Below, piece by piece: positions 12,873 through 26,292 of a stretch of 64,000 bases of DNA. Under the pieces are notes generated by a model. It was not told the origin of the DNA, searched no databases, and worked only from the letters and a program-made list of their open reading frames with translations. The stretch's first letter is position 1. Every line of letters begins with the position of its first letter. The DNA lies in contig NC_092672.1 of the NCBI RefSeq assembly GCF_964355755.1, forward strand, positions 5,890,001-5,954,000, read 5' to 3'. A program made the position numbers and the translations under genes. Source of the DNA: Antedon mediterranea. Taxonomy: Eukaryota; Animalia; Echinodermata.

Positions 12873-14530
12873 TAAAATTTTGTTAGGCGTTGATATGAGA
12901 ATTTCAAAATAGTTACAAATTTTTAGAAATAAGAATAAACAACTCCAAATAAAGTAATACTGTAGAAACCTCCTTTGGGACATCTCTATTTAGGTGGCAC
13001 TTTCTTGAGAATTGACAGAAGAGCTGTTTATATTTTATCCACTTTTCAGCAGAAACCCTATTAAGGGTACACTGTGTGTTAGTACCTGAATATGTCCCTA
13101 ATATTAAGAGTTCTAATGAGGAGGAATGAATGGTGAATTGCGAAGTACACGCTTTTATATCTATTTGATATTGATTGAATTTTTGTCCACATCTTGTTTG
13201 GTCTTTTTTTATTGTTAAAAATTTCACCCCTAAAAATAGTTGTGGGCGATATGGATAACCATCTACCGAACAGTACAATTCTATTATACCACATTGTGGT
13301 ATCCGGTACTTGTTCACGTCTAGAACATCCTGTATATTGCCATTACGTTTTGTTGAGTAGTTTACTTAAACCCTATAGGAAGTATTACAACAACTTAGTG
13401 CATTCTTTAAGTTAGAAAACTCTTGTTAGAAGGAGAGTAGGAGTTAAATAATCCCACAGAGGCTTAATAAAGCCATTATTTCTTGAAATCATCAATTGTT
13501 TTATTATGCAGTATTTTACTTATTAGTTTCACCCTCAGGAACTGTTTTGTAAAATTATTTTGTGTATCACTATATTTTGGCTATACTTCAATTATGGAAG
13601 AAGATTTGTTATACCATTGAGGAAAAATAAATTTAAGTAAATGTATTTTTTCTTCCATAGTAATAATTTGCTTTCAAGGCATACAAATGCTTAAATAAAA
13701 GCCGTCTACACTATCAAACTTTATGCGACAAAGAATGTGATTCGCCCATATATGGACAGGATGATGTCATATCACTACCATGTTTGGGCACATCACCTTT
13801 TTTGTTAAACTAGTTCGAAAATTGACAATGTAAAACATAGCTTTATATAGGAGTAAATTAAGTAAAAGTACAGTAGCTAAATATGAAATAAAGTAAAATA
13901 CTTTTAATGTGACATTTTGAAAACAGTCCATTTTGTTTGTTTGTATGAAACTCGTTTTGTAATTTGTTGATTACCAACAAGAAAAGTAGAACACGTTGAA
14001 TTATTAAATTGTTTTCACCTTTTCTTACTCAATACCAAATTGTTCTTAGGGCCTATTTCTATTTTAAAATATGAATCGTGAAATATCGGAATGGTGTCTA
14101 GTGGGGTTTAGGTTTTTACCAACCCCGAAACCAGTTCAAGAAATACCGAGATGGTGTCTGGCGAGGGGATAGTTTCACCATGTAGTTTAAGTTCTAATTA
14201 TTTTTTATTAGCCAAAATATGTTTACAAATTACAATAAATTTACTTGACTTGACTTGAATCAAAATTTATTGGACATGTTGAAACGTTTTTTTTTTGTGC
14301 TGAGATTGGCAAGAAAATATCGTAACAAAACGGATTTAAATGCGTGCTTCCCTTCTCAATAGTCCCTGACCTGTAATAACACCTGTATTAGCGTTCCTCC
14401 TTGTATTTTCCTATATCACTTTACATGGATTAACTTTATTAATACTATTTGGTTCACCACTAATCAAAATTACATCAATACAGTTTAAATGAATATTGTG
14501 TGGTTTTGGTGATAGACATTTGCATATTTT

Positions 14531-15308
14531 TATTCATTCATTCAGTTTTTCATTCATTCATTAATTCGTTCATTCATTAATTTGTTCATTCATTCATTTA
14601 TTTGTTCATTCATTCATTCCATTATTCATTCGTTTGTTCATTCATTCGTTCCATCATTCATTCTTTCTTTCCATCATTCATTCTTTCCATCATTCATTCA
14701 TTCTATCATTCCTTTATTCATTCAATCTTTCATTCATTCGCTCCATCATTCGTTTGTTCATTCATTCGTTCCATCATTCATTCATTCTTTCTTTCCATCA
14801 TTCATTCGTTCCATCATTCATTCATTCGTTCCATCATTCGTTTGTTCATTCATTCGTTCCATCATTCATTCTTTCTTTCCATCATTCATTCGTTCCATCA
14901 TTCATTCTTTCTTTCCATCATTCATTCGTTCTATCATTCATTCATTCTATCATTCCTTTATTCATTCAATCTTTCATTCATTCGTTCCATCATTCATTTG
15001 TTCATTTAATCATTCATTCGTTCCATCATTCATTCTTTCTTTCCATCATTCTTTCTTTCCATCATTCATTCATTCTATCATTCCTTTATTCATTCAATCT
15101 TTCATTCATTCGTTCCATCATTCATTTGTTCATTTAATCATTCATTCGTTCCATCATTCATTCTTTCTTTCCATCATTCATTCATTCCATCATTCATTCA
15201 TTCATTCTATCATTCATTCATTCATTCGTTCTATCATTCATTCATTCTATCATTCATTCATTCATTCATATATTAATTTATTCATACATTCATTGATTCC
15301 TTCATTTA
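14531..15308. repeat. Compound (ATTC)n-derived microsatellite with higher-order repeats
   Basis: ATTC/CATC/CTTT/CGTT arrays; source of the spurious HSF-rich ORFs. Confidence 0.95.
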
Positions 15309-16940
15309 TTCTTTTTTTTGTTCAGGTAAAGGTATAATATGAATAACAAAAAAAAACAAAAGCAAAATATTATTACTAGATACCTTTTGGTACCATAACA
15401 GTCAGATTTACTAACAATTAATTAAATGCTGTGGATTACTCAACAAACACTATTTATTGAAAGGTACAAATTAATATCAGAATGTTACATTTTTCATATG
15501 TTGGATTTCACAACATTTACCCTCACAGACAGTGATTTTGTTTTGTCATGCAAATATTTGGAAGAAATTATAAATTTAATCCCATTCAATTCATTCAAAT
15601 AAAATTGGCCTAGATTAATATGTAAAAGTATGAAAACCAAGATTCATGTAGCCATGGGAACCTCTGAAGTAGGATGTTACATTGTAATAAATCAAAGCAA
15701 TTGTACTTTAAGTACCTACTATATTTTTTTCTAAAATAGTTGAAGAAATTTCAATTTTAAAGGAAATTGACTTGCAATGAATCACTACTGTGTACAGAAA
15801 TGTGGATAAAATACATGTTAGGGTGACTCCAAAAAAAGTATGGAGACGGATGTGGTTGGCGACCAAACTAAACTATTAGTACGACAGTATAACACCCAGT
15901 GAATTATATGACCACATCAAAGTGTAATTAAAAAAGATTATCTTTTAGGATCTTTTGTTCTCAGGAAAAAAAAGTGTATTTGTATGTCAATCATTATGTC
16001 CAATAAATTTTTAAAATAATGAATCAATAACCATTTCTAAACCTAAATGTTGTTTACTTACCTGTTTATTATCTCCAAGACTATTTACACCACTTAATTC
16101 AAATGAAGATATCCACAGTTAAATGTAGTTAGTATCCACAGAGTTACCCAACTTGATCAACAGTTGGTGTTAGATTAATAAATGATTTGACAGAAAGAAT
16201 GCGGCAAGAGTGAAGTGCATTGATGCGTATCAACGAGCTTCTAATATTGTGTTTGAGGAAGGAAATAAAGTTTTAGAAACCACCACACCTGGTTTAAGTA
16301 TATAGGTAATTTAGTAATGCTACTTACAATCAGATACCAGGATATTTATGATAATAAACATTCCGTAGTATAATTACAGACACTAATATAATATTGTATT
16401 ACTATTGGTTTTTATGATAGGCCAAGACACAACAATAATTTTTGTTAATTGTTCTCCAAAAAATTACTGAGATGGGAGGGTTGATTTTAGTTCTTGTCAT
16501 GGATTCACTCAATACATGCCAACATTTTACATTTGGATGATTCTATGAGGTTGGGTAATAATGAGTTTTAGTGGGGTTTAGTACAAAGCATTCAGTTTAT
16601 TTTATTTTTAAATGTTTAAAAATTTTTGTGACAGTCTTAATATATGTTAACAATACTACTGTTTGTATATGAAAAAAAAATTGAAAAAATGTAAATCTTT
16701 TGACTTTATTGTTGACAAAATGTGTGGTGTCATCAATTGGTTTTTATGATAGGCCAAGACATGATTTTATTTATGATTTTTATTAATAGTTCTCAGAGAT
16801 TACTGAGATAGGAGAGTTGATTTAGTTCTAGTCATGGATTCACTCAATACATGCCAACATTTTGTTGTTTTTTTTAATAGTTTTTCAAGTCATGCAACTA
16901 AAGAATTTCAAAATTACTGACTTACTTTGTACACAACTAA

Positions 16941-17093
16941 AGCTCTATCTACTAAACTAGTTTGACAAAAAAGTGTGTTGTGCTCAAATATGGTAGCGAT
17001 ATGCCTAAATATGGAAGTGATATGACATCATCATGTCTATATATGGGCACACCACATTTTTTTGTCATAAAGTTTGGTAGTGTGGACAGAGCT
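16941..17093. mobile_element. High-copy MITE family (Harbinger-like, TWA TSD)
   Basis: TAA|AGCTCT..AGAGCT|TAA with an ATATGGTAGTGATATGCCCAA-type core; other copies near 13700, 20140, 23235, 32030, 34597, 48140, 48857 and 61691. Confidence 0.8.
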
Positions 17094-18509
17094 TAAGTAA
17101 CATATTCCTGACAAAGGATAAATTACTGCTACAATTTAAGAGACAAAGATATCGTTAAAGGCGAAAAGTATTTGTAACTTGTCACTAATAGATAATGTGA
17201 CTTGTCACTAATAGATATTGTGACTTGATAATCTATTAATTGGAATCCATTAAGAAATTGACGTTTGTATTTTCACAATTGGATACTATAAATAATTCTT
17301 TTATTTTAAGATTTTTTTTTATCATTATAGTCTTGTTGTAAGGCTTCACACTATACGTTATATTGTATATTAATATCAGTGCCTTCATCATTAACTACAT
17401 TTGATCTGCCCCAGCTTAGGGGTGGTTCAAATGTAGTTTAAAACCTTCTTGGTACAATTTCAGTCATATTGATATCTGTCTATAGATGCGTGCAAAAATG
17501 TTTATAGTGCACCAACATAGAAAAATGAAAATTTATAAAGCGGTAATATCCTACGCCCTTATTGTATCCAATCTGCACGTCCACGGAACAATAAAAATTT
17601 AATTTTGAACTAGATTTGAACAATTTGTAATAACATGCTGCTCCTTTAAGTATTCTTTTATATCGTAGCAGCCATGCCCAGGCACCTGTTCAACAGGGAC
17701 TGTGTGGACTACACTGGGAAATTCCCTAAATTTCTACTCAAACTTTCTTAGCACTTTCCGTTGCTGCACCTCTAAGCAAGATGCAAATAATAATAATGAT
17801 TTATATTGTGGTGATATCATACTAGCAGTAACCCGTGCTCCACACGGTCTTTTTATGCCTTAGTATGTGGTTATATACTTTGCATGGGCACGTATAATAA
17901 AAGCGCACTCTGATAAAAGTACTTTGACATATTATTATTAAAATAAAAAACAAATTGTATCAAAAATAAAATTCGAAACTACTGTATTTGCGGCCATTGA
18001 TTTTGTTATACACTATCCCTTCAACTTTTAAATATATATAAGCTAAAAAATGAAAGCAATACTGGATATATATTGTTCAAAAATGTTTTTAAAAATATAC
18101 AGAGAATCCCAGGGCACATTCAGCTTACACTGGGAACATAAAAACATGATTGTGCACAAGAAAAAAAAATATACTAGATTTGAACTTGTCACTTTGCCAA
18201 ATTATTTATCTGCAAGACAAACAGCACATGCAAGTACGTACGTATAAGAGGTGCACAACTTCATGTAAATGTCGATATGTTGACAAAATTACAAAATGTT
18301 CTGTCAACATGTTTTAGAGATACACAAGACACAAAAATGACAGAAAGAAATTTGATCAATAATTTTTTTTTTTAAAGATAGTACAGTTACAAGGGGTTAT
18401 CCACCCTAGTAGAAACACTGACTGTGATGTCTACATTTTGAGTCAGCACAAGAGTGTTTGATTTGGAAAAAATTTCATTATTCATTCAATCAAATTTTTT
18501 TTTTTTCAG

Positions 18510-18649
18510 TGTTTCTACGTTTGTGCCATCTGCTTGCCGCAGACAAGATGATTGTGGGAATGAAACCTCAACGCTTCATTGATTACATACACATCGTACA
18601 GCCATACAAAAACAGTGTGAACCTGATGCGAGGAAATGTTATGTTTGTG
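18510..18649 (+). CDS. PNLDC1: PARN-family (PNLDC1-like) internal exon, end of CAF1 nuclease domain
   Basis: T-rich acceptor ..TTCAG, donor GTGAGA; FLRLCHLLAADKMIVGMKPQRFIDYIHIVQPYKNSVNLMRGNVMFV resembles the PARN/PNLDC1 segment after HEAxYD (PYxNxVNLxR). Confidence 0.75.
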
Positions 18650-19273
18650 GTGAGATCTATAAGAGCCTTTGATAATCTTTATCTTTTACACACGGAAGTT
18701 ATAAACTGTGTTCAATTCATGTGATGAATTTAAATGCTGTTATTTTTTTTCAGTTTTTACAATCTTGTTTTACCTGCAATATTATTTATTGAATTCCAAG
18801 ATATTTCTTGTTTTTTTCTGGATTTAAACTTGATCACAAGCTTTTTTCCACTCAGGATAGAAATACAGACTCTACGTGAGACATCATGTCGTTTTCCGCT
18901 TACCGTTACCGCTCCTCTCTGTAAATTGGTCTTAACTATAAGGGTTTACTGTATTTGCATTATGCACAAAGACGACTATGTTCCAAGTACAATTTCATTT
19001 TCTCACGGATCTGACCACTTGTCAAGCACCAACCTCAGTCATAAAATACCTATTAACAGAGACTGAACATAAACAGTGAATCCATAGCTAGATTGCCTAA
19101 TTGAATTCCAAACCTATTAACTCAAATACAGATTTATATTCTTAATTAATTAAATTATTATCCTACCAGTTTGTTACGCTTTTCTCTCGACAATTATTAA
19201 CAATAAAACGCTAGTTTATATTCTCAATTTATCGTTAATCAATTTCACTACTGTGGTTTATAATACTTTTTAG

Positions 19274-19363
19274 AAAATCGATGGGAAAGATCCTAAATCA
19301 CACCGTCCTGATTGGTTGTATGTAGTTGCAAGAGGCAGTAACAATTTACCCCCAGCGGATACG
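19274..19363 (+). CDS. PNLDC1: PNLDC1-like internal exon
   Basis: TTTTAG|...|GTAAGA, phase 0-0; KIDGKDPKSHRPDWLYVVARGSNNLPPADT matches the GxD..RP linker leading into the RRM-like domain. Confidence 0.75.
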
Positions 19364-20728
19364 GTAAGATACTAGTATTTAGATTGTATGATACGTTTAT
19401 ATGATAATGTCATACACGTTGAATGGAATGTGTCATATTATTTATGTTCTGATTCTCTGTGTTTAGATAAGGATGCTTTAGACCAGGTCCGCCTAATATT
19501 ATTAGCCAATCAAAATTGTATAATTTTTGGAGGGAAAATGTTATCCTCCTCTGAAGCCTAAAATTTGCATGTCCAGTATAAAAGTGGAATGTAATAGATA
19601 TTAGGGGGAGAAGAGAGAATAAGATCAGAGTAGATAAACGGAAAGATGATAAAGAAAATAAGGCTTGACTGGTAGTAAGATGTATTAATAGAGTTACAAG
19701 GAATAAAAGTTCTAGTTGAGTTAAATATACTTTTTGTATGAGTTATCATTCAGTGACAGTGTACGTCGCGTGGAGTTATATATACGCCTGAGAAAGCTCG
19801 GAACCAACATAAATATTCACTACAGAATGTAACTAAATTAGTTAAATTAGTAATTTATCCATCCATTTAGTTGCGCCTGTGTCAAGTTTAAACATTTCTT
19901 ATTTGTGTGTAAACATAAACTATAAAATACAATAGACTCACAGCAGCAGCCATTTTTAAAACATGTTATTATATGTCTTTAGGCAATGTGGCCAAGTATT
20001 ACCAATAGTAAATTAATCACTGTCCTATCAGATAGGTGGTAATCCGCCTGATACAGGGGCTATTTTGTGAAGCAGTTAACCGGGGTAACTCCCTACTCTT
20101 CTCAAGTAATGAACTGGGTTCTTTAAAGTGCCAGCTTATGCTCTGTCTTTACTATCAAATTTTATATACAAACAAAATTGACATGATGATGTCATCACTA
20201 TCCAATTTGGGATCATCACACTTTTTTTGTCAAACTAGTTTGATAATGTAGAGAGATATTACACTTTCAAGTATAATTTATATGTACCTGTTTTCTATTT
20301 CAGAATTACATTGCGAAATTATAAATATATAGTTGTTGTTATGCCCTATTACCTAATTAACTATCATATCAAAATAGAATTTGGAGGAAAATAATTTCAC
20401 AAGCATTCATGTACAATAAGTGAGGTTAAAATTAGACCTCACTCTCATTGTAAAACGTGATTGTTAGCATTGTAATTGTTCTCTAAAGGTAGAATTGTAG
20501 AACAATGAGGATATTACAGGATACTTAACAAGTGCTTTTCCTTCCTGCATCTCCTGGTTCTTCTTCTACGGTGATATTGCAGATTTTTGTATTTTAAGCA
20601 GCCACTCAAGCTGTCAATAAACCACTTACTTTTGCAGTATCTACTTGCATTTGGCACCGTGGCTGAATACAGTAAAACTCTTATTAAAGGGATACATTTG
20701 GGACAAGTGAGTGAGTGGCTGAACGAGT

Positions 20729-21087
20729 GAGTGAGTGGCCGAGCGGTTAAGACAGTGAAACCGTAATTAAGTAGCCATAACATCGGCAAGGGTTCGAGGC
20801 TCACTCGCTCCATGGTTCTGGTGGTAGAACGAGTCTTCTCGGATAAGGACTATAAACCGTAGGTCCAGTGTGCACAACTTGCTCGTGTGCACTTTAAAGA
20901 ACCTAGTACATCTTTCGAGACGAGTAGGGTTTACCCCGGTGTACTAGTCCACACAAACACAGCCACTGTCACACACAGCCACTGTGCAAATTGGGACTGG
21001 GCCGTTTTAGAGGTGTTTACCACCTGTTGGTCCAGATCCTTCACTAACTGAGTTAGTGAGAAGTCGAATAAATAAATAAAAATAAAA
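20729..21087 (+). mobile_element. Full-length tRNA-derived SINE with Deu/Nin-like central domain
   Basis: A box TGGCCGAGCGG, B box GGTTCGAGGC, core GTCTTCTCGGATAAGGACTATAAACCGTAGGTCC..GAGTAGGGTTTACCCCGGTG, (ATAA)n tail. Confidence 0.8.
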
Positions 21088-21579
21088 GTGTCCTCTTAAT
21101 AGAGGTGTTCCCTGAATAGGTGTTGGCTGTATAGTTTTAAAATATATATTTTTTATTATTCATGGGAAACTGTCTCCTGAATAGGGGTGTGCCAAAAGAT
21201 AATGGTTTCTACTTAAACGAAAAAATACATACAGTATTTATTTTACATTAAATGTAGTTTGTGACCTGAAATTAAATATAAAAATGTAGAGAATGGGACT
21301 TTAAATGTTGGGTATAAAACACCAAAAATAATTTGAGTATATTATTATTATACCTTACTTACCTGTATAAGAATGTTTCTCAGTCTTTTCTCTGGAAAAT
21401 ACTGGTTGCCATATATAAAATGTGTGGTCATTAGGACTTCAACACAACACTTTATCTCTTATTTTGCTTTGCAGCTATAAACTGCACCATGAATGCCATT
21501 AGTGGCATTCCAACACTCAATTGATTTTAAATTAAAATAATACCGTGTTAACTTGTAGAGTAAAACAATGGTAACTTAA

Positions 21580-21916
21580 AGATGTACTGTCCCCCAAAAT
21601 CATGAAAAATAAAGATTTTTAAAATCGGACTTTGAATAGGCCATTTTGCAGTTTTAATGAAGTTGTTCACTTCCATAAGAAAAAAAACGAGGGGAAAAAA
21701 ATTATTTCACCTATAAAAAGACAAAATAAACAGTTAAATTACCCAAAAACTTCCAGACAATTTGACCATTTTTTGCTTTAAATTACATTTTTCTCAGGTA
21801 AATACATTTTTTTCAGACCCAATTTTTTGTGAGAGTGAATAACTATTATGTGACATTAAAATAACATATTCAACAAAAAAATGTAAAAAAAATTTTTTTA
21901 GGAGGACAATATATCT
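21580..21916. mobile_element. TTAA-target MITE (Kolobok-like)
   Basis: TTAA|AGATGTACTGTCCCCC ... GGAGGACAATATATCT|TTAA. Confidence 0.6.
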
Positions 21917-22136
21917 TTAAGTTTATTTTATCTGAAATTATTCCCGTGGATCTTGTATTTTATGTTGTTCTGTGCAATTTAACTTCAATATAATAATTGC
22001 ATTTTTATATTAGGGATGTGTGTGTTTATTATAAATCCAGAAAAATGTTCAGTTGCTCTGTTGTTTGATCCAATATTTTAAAATCTAGTTTACTATTTAT
22101 TACATTTTTCATTTTATTCTGCTTTATTTCTTCCAG

Positions 22137-22225
22137 CTGGCAAGCATGTTTGAAGGATATGCATCAGTTGACATCCAGGTTATAGATGCAAAAACTGCAG
22201 TCTTGGCTGTATCTACATTTAACGG
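22137..22225 (+). CDS. PNLDC1: PNLDC1-like exon, RRM-like domain
   Basis: TTCTTCCAG acceptor; LASMFEGYASVDIQVIDAKTAVLAVSTFN; ends in phase 2. Confidence 0.75.
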
Positions 22226-22804
22226 GTATCTTCATTTTATATTGAATAATTTAGTTGTGATAGCTGTTTTCAGTAGTCTTAAGAATAAGAATGAATTTGA
22301 GATTTTAGCTGGAAGTAGCGTATAGTCAGTTTTACGGTTAAAAGCTTATAAGTCAAAGTTCAGAAACACTTTCCAATCCTTTTAGTGTTTTTGAAACGTT
22401 GGAATTTTTAACTAGAAGTTACAAATTGCAACTGAAGTGATGCGAACAGATTGTTGTTTGGCCATACAAAAGTCGGCTGTAATAATTGATTTCATTTAGT
22501 AGAGACATAAACTTGGCATAGGCATGTCTTTAGGCCCATGTTTTGTGACAAACAATGACCCTTTGGTGATATCCTAACTAATGTTTTGGTTTGCAAACAT
22601 GCAACTTGTGCTGTTCAACCATACCATTTTGAAATGGTATAAAATCGATCTTAAAGATACAATTAGATCTACATTTGTTTAATTGTTACATTGTTGCATA
22701 AAACAAACAAATGTTTTCTTAGAATTCTCTATTTATTTAAATTCATTATAATGTTTATTATACTGTATTATTATCTGCCTCTACAATTTGTTTTCTCTTT
22801 CCAG

Positions 22805-22903
22805 AAGCAAGCATATCCTGAAAGCTTTCCGTCAGAATAAGGTAGTGTCTGTGTCTCGGTATAGCCTGGTGAAGCATTGTAAACCTGTTAGATATGGTCT
22901 GTG
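22805..22903 (+). CDS. PNLDC1: PNLDC1-like exon
   Basis: TTTCCAG|...|GTATGT, phase 2-2; (G)SKHILKAFRQNKVVSVSRYSLVKHCKPVRYGL(W). Confidence 0.72.
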
Positions 22904-23234
22904 GTATGTAGATACACTTAAATATTAATTTCATTTGATTCAAGAACTTGGTATCAAACCTTTCATTGCCAATATGCATGCATTTCAAAAGACATTACCA
23001 GACAGTTTAACACAGCCGTATCTAACAAATTAAATTACAGAATTCTATAAAAGATGCATATAATTCAGTTGCAGAGACTGTAGAATTTCTGTTTCTTAAA
23101 ATCCTCCTTAAAATATTTAATTTACTTATACATTTTATTTCAATGATGATTTGACTTTAGCTTGTACATATACTTCCCTTTTTAAGTGAGAGGGCAGTAT
23201 TTAGATTTTTAAAATTGACTTGGTTGTCATCTAA

Positions 23235-23395
23235 AGCTCTGTCTGCACTATCAAACTAGTTTAACAAAAAAAGTGTGATGTACCCAAATATGGTAGTGAT
23301 ATGCCCAAATATGGTAGTGATATGACATCATCATGTCCATATATGGGCACATCACATTTTTTGTCACATAAATTTTTGATAGTGTAGACAGAGTT
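23235..23395. mobile_element. MITE copy (same family as 16941)
   Basis: AGCTCTGTCTGCACTATCAAA ... GATAGTGTAGACAGAGTT. Confidence 0.8.
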
Positions 23396-23706
23396 TTACA
23401 CAATGTTTCATTGCTCATGTGATACACAACATTACAGTATACTTCCCTTTTTGAGTGAGGGGGCAGTGTTATTACTTGGTTGTCATCTAACACAGCGTTT
23501 TATTGCTCATGTGGCTGTCATACCCTGGATTCTTGTTGGTGAAAATTTTGAATTGACTGAGCAACGAACGTATATTTTTTGTATGATCTCTCATTTTTAT
23601 TAACATGTAACTTCATGTTCTTTATTTCACAGAATATGCAATATTTTGTGGGTAATTGAAAACTAATAACTTGGTTTTTTTTCCAACTTTTTTGTCATAA
23701 CATTAG

Positions 23707-23764
23707 GATATCAATAGTTGCAATGGGTGCTTTTTGTGTCTGGACATTTGTTGGTGATAAATGA
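23707..23764 (+). CDS. PNLDC1: PNLDC1-like terminal exon, hydrophobic C-terminal tail
   Basis: Phase-compatible acceptor; (W)ISIVAMGAFCVWTFVGDK*; PNLDC1/Trimmer has a C-terminal transmembrane segment. Confidence 0.6.
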
Positions 23765-25290
23765 ATAATGGCAGGATTTTATTGGATTCTGCAGAAGGAT
23801 GAGCCTTAGAATGATTATTCTCCGAGTTACCAGCTAATCCACAAACATCTTTGATATGCCTTCTTGTGATAGGATAGAAATTTTAAAAAGGTTGACTACT
23901 TTTGTATTTTGTCTTTTGTTTTTTATCAGTAATAATGAAACAAAAATCTTCAAACTATTCACAGTATAATCTCCATCATATGAGCCCTAGCCGCAAGCCT
24001 AACTTTCAATAAATCAGCCATGTGAAAAACGGCCTAATTTATCCATTTTGAGATTTCAATAAAAAACAATCCTATAAACACTTATCTTTAAACATATCAA
24101 ACTTTTGTTTATGAAAAAATATCATTAAAGTGTATTTTGCAATTATTTAAAGTCGAAACTACGCCGATTTTGTGATGCCATGCCTCATATTATGACCTTC
24201 ATATCACCTTGTCATCATCATAATTATCGGTACTGTATAACAAAAATACAATTTTTAGCTACTTCATTACTTTATTGGTATATAAAGAAAAACAACCCAG
24301 TGATGAAATATGTATTTAAATACAATTCAATACTATAAATGCAAAAACTAACTTAACCAAGTACAGTAATACATAATTTTATACAATTAGTTACAAGTAA
24401 TATAAGTGGAAAATATGCAAAACTCAATAGGAAAATTAAAAGAATAATACTACTATTACTGAAATTCAAATAAATAATATAATATTTAAACAGGTACACT
24501 CTAAATTTGTTATATATAAAATATCATAATGCATAAATACTTAAATAAAAATATGATAGGAAATTAATTTAAAAGAAAAACAGTTCAAAAGTTAAGCTAA
24601 AATTAAAAGAATTAAAAGAAAATATAATAAACTTAATGAAAACAAAATTATCAAAGTTACTGAACACTGCTATCATTTGACCACTATTATACATTTGGTG
24701 ATAAAGAAGAAATACTATAAACTTTGATATCGGAACAATTTAATATACCGTATATATATAAATAGTGTATTATAATTAAACAGTCTACACTATCAATACT
24801 ATTATCTTTGATAATAAAGAAGAAAACACTGTTAACTTTTCTTTAAAAAATTGTTTTTAAGCATACAAATCTATACTATTTTACTACTACAGTACAGTAA
24901 ACAATAAAAAATATAAAGAATCTGATCATACTATACTGTCTCTGCTTTTTTACACTTGATTTTATAGGTCATTAAGCAAAACTTACATTGCATGCAACCT
25001 GGTTTTATGAATTTGATTTTGATTATTTCTATGTTATGTTACATTGTGCAAAATAAGATACAACAGCCCAAATGGATTCATATACTGTAGTATAATTAAA
25101 AAGATACATAATCAATGCATAATTAATAAACAATTAGAAAGTATAAATGATTTTAAACTAGTTTTATGAAATTAATAATGCTAGATTACATTTATCTACA
25201 CCGTATGCTATAGTTTTCCCCATGTATTTATTACTGATACAACTTTAGGAACAAAATTTACCCCTTTTTTATAACCTAATGGCAAATTTC

Positions 25291-26292
25291 TTATGGATGC
25301 TGTGCAGTGTCGGCCACAGTGTAAACAGCTGACGTGCTAACTGCACTCGGCTCACTTTTGGTCTGAAGAATATTAATAGATGTTATAATAGCTGGTTCAT
25401 TGGCTTTAGATAGGGCCTCCAGCAAGTGTTGTTTTTTGCATTTAGTGTCTCCCGTTGAAGTTGAATCTTTAAACACATTTGATAGATTTTCTGGCAGGTG
25501 AGGTTTCTTACACGCATCTTCTGAATTTTCATTTTCCGATTCATTTAGGTTCATCTCTGATAGCAATTTAAGAAGGTGCTGTAGGTCATGTGCTAATTCT
25601 TGATGTTGACCAGGTGTGGTAATCCCAAGCCAGTTGTGGATATCAATCGTATCAATACTACTAAGCTTAGAAAGGCAGAGAAAATAATCAATATTCTGTT
25701 TTCCCTCACGATTTCCGAGTAAGATGCGTGGAGCTTTTATTACAAATCCACTTCCAAATTCTTTATTTTCCAACCATTCTGTCACTCTTTGAACACGAAT
25801 GTTAAAATTGCCACCAATTACTACATGATTAGCTTCAGCATGAATACTCCTTGCATACTGTAGGAGCATTTTAAATTCAGTTTTCTTCTCTTCATAACCA
25901 TTTACTCCTGGACCAAACTTAGTTCGACCATGCCATGATATTGCTACTATAGTTTGATTATTTTGATCTCTAAGAATTTGTGTGCAAATACGTTTTTTTA
26001 ACAACTGTGGTGTTATTACTTCATTTTTCAGCTTGGTAAACCTATTTTTTGCAATTATGCCAACATATGAACATTCATTATCATTGTACATGTGGTGATA
26101 TTGCTGTCTTTGAAACACATCACATGTGTTCTTATCTGGTAATTGCTGTAAAAATATTATATCAAATTTCAGAATTTTGCTTAAAGCCTGTGTACCTAGC
26201 TCCTTTTTTCTGCTTATATCAAAGGTAACCATATCTATATTGTTATCACAATTCAATCTAAGAGGTACAGGATTATGGTTCAAACCGGCCAT
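25291..26292 (-). CDS. EEP (exonuclease/endonuclease/phosphatase, DNase I-like fold) protein with degenerate active site, 333 aa
   Basis: Motifs VTFDI, DIIFLQQ, VAISWHG, VIGGNFN, NIDYF; clearly paralogous to the 59079 ORF; upstream acceptor near 26528. Confidence 0.8.
   Translation of the reverse strand: MAGLNHNPVPLRLNCDNNIDMVTFDISRKKELGTQALSKILKFDIIFLQQLPDKNTCDVFQRQQYHHMYNDNECSYVGIIAKNRFTKLKNEVITPQLLKKRICTQILRDQNNQTIVAISWHGRTKFGPGVNGYEEKKTEFKMLLQYARSIHAEANHVVIGGNFNIRVQRVTEWLENKEFGSGFVIKAPRILLGNREGKQNIDYFLCLSKLSSIDTIDIHNWLGITTPGQHQELAHDLQHLLKLLSEMNLNESENENSEDACKKPHLPENLSNVFKDSTSTGDTKCKKQHLLEALSKANEPAIITSINILQTKSEPSAVSTSAVYTVADTAQHP

Noticed and set aside
14582-15337. ORFs of 135-251 aa rich in H/S/F/I
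   Set aside because: Translation of the (ATTC)n microsatellite
17821-18380. Possible Helentron-like element starting ACTAGCAGTAACCCGTG
   Set aside because: The right end could not be defined with confidence
23633-23665. Alternative last exon for the PNLDC1-like gene
   Set aside because: Splicing here creates an immediate TGA and loses the hydrophobic tail
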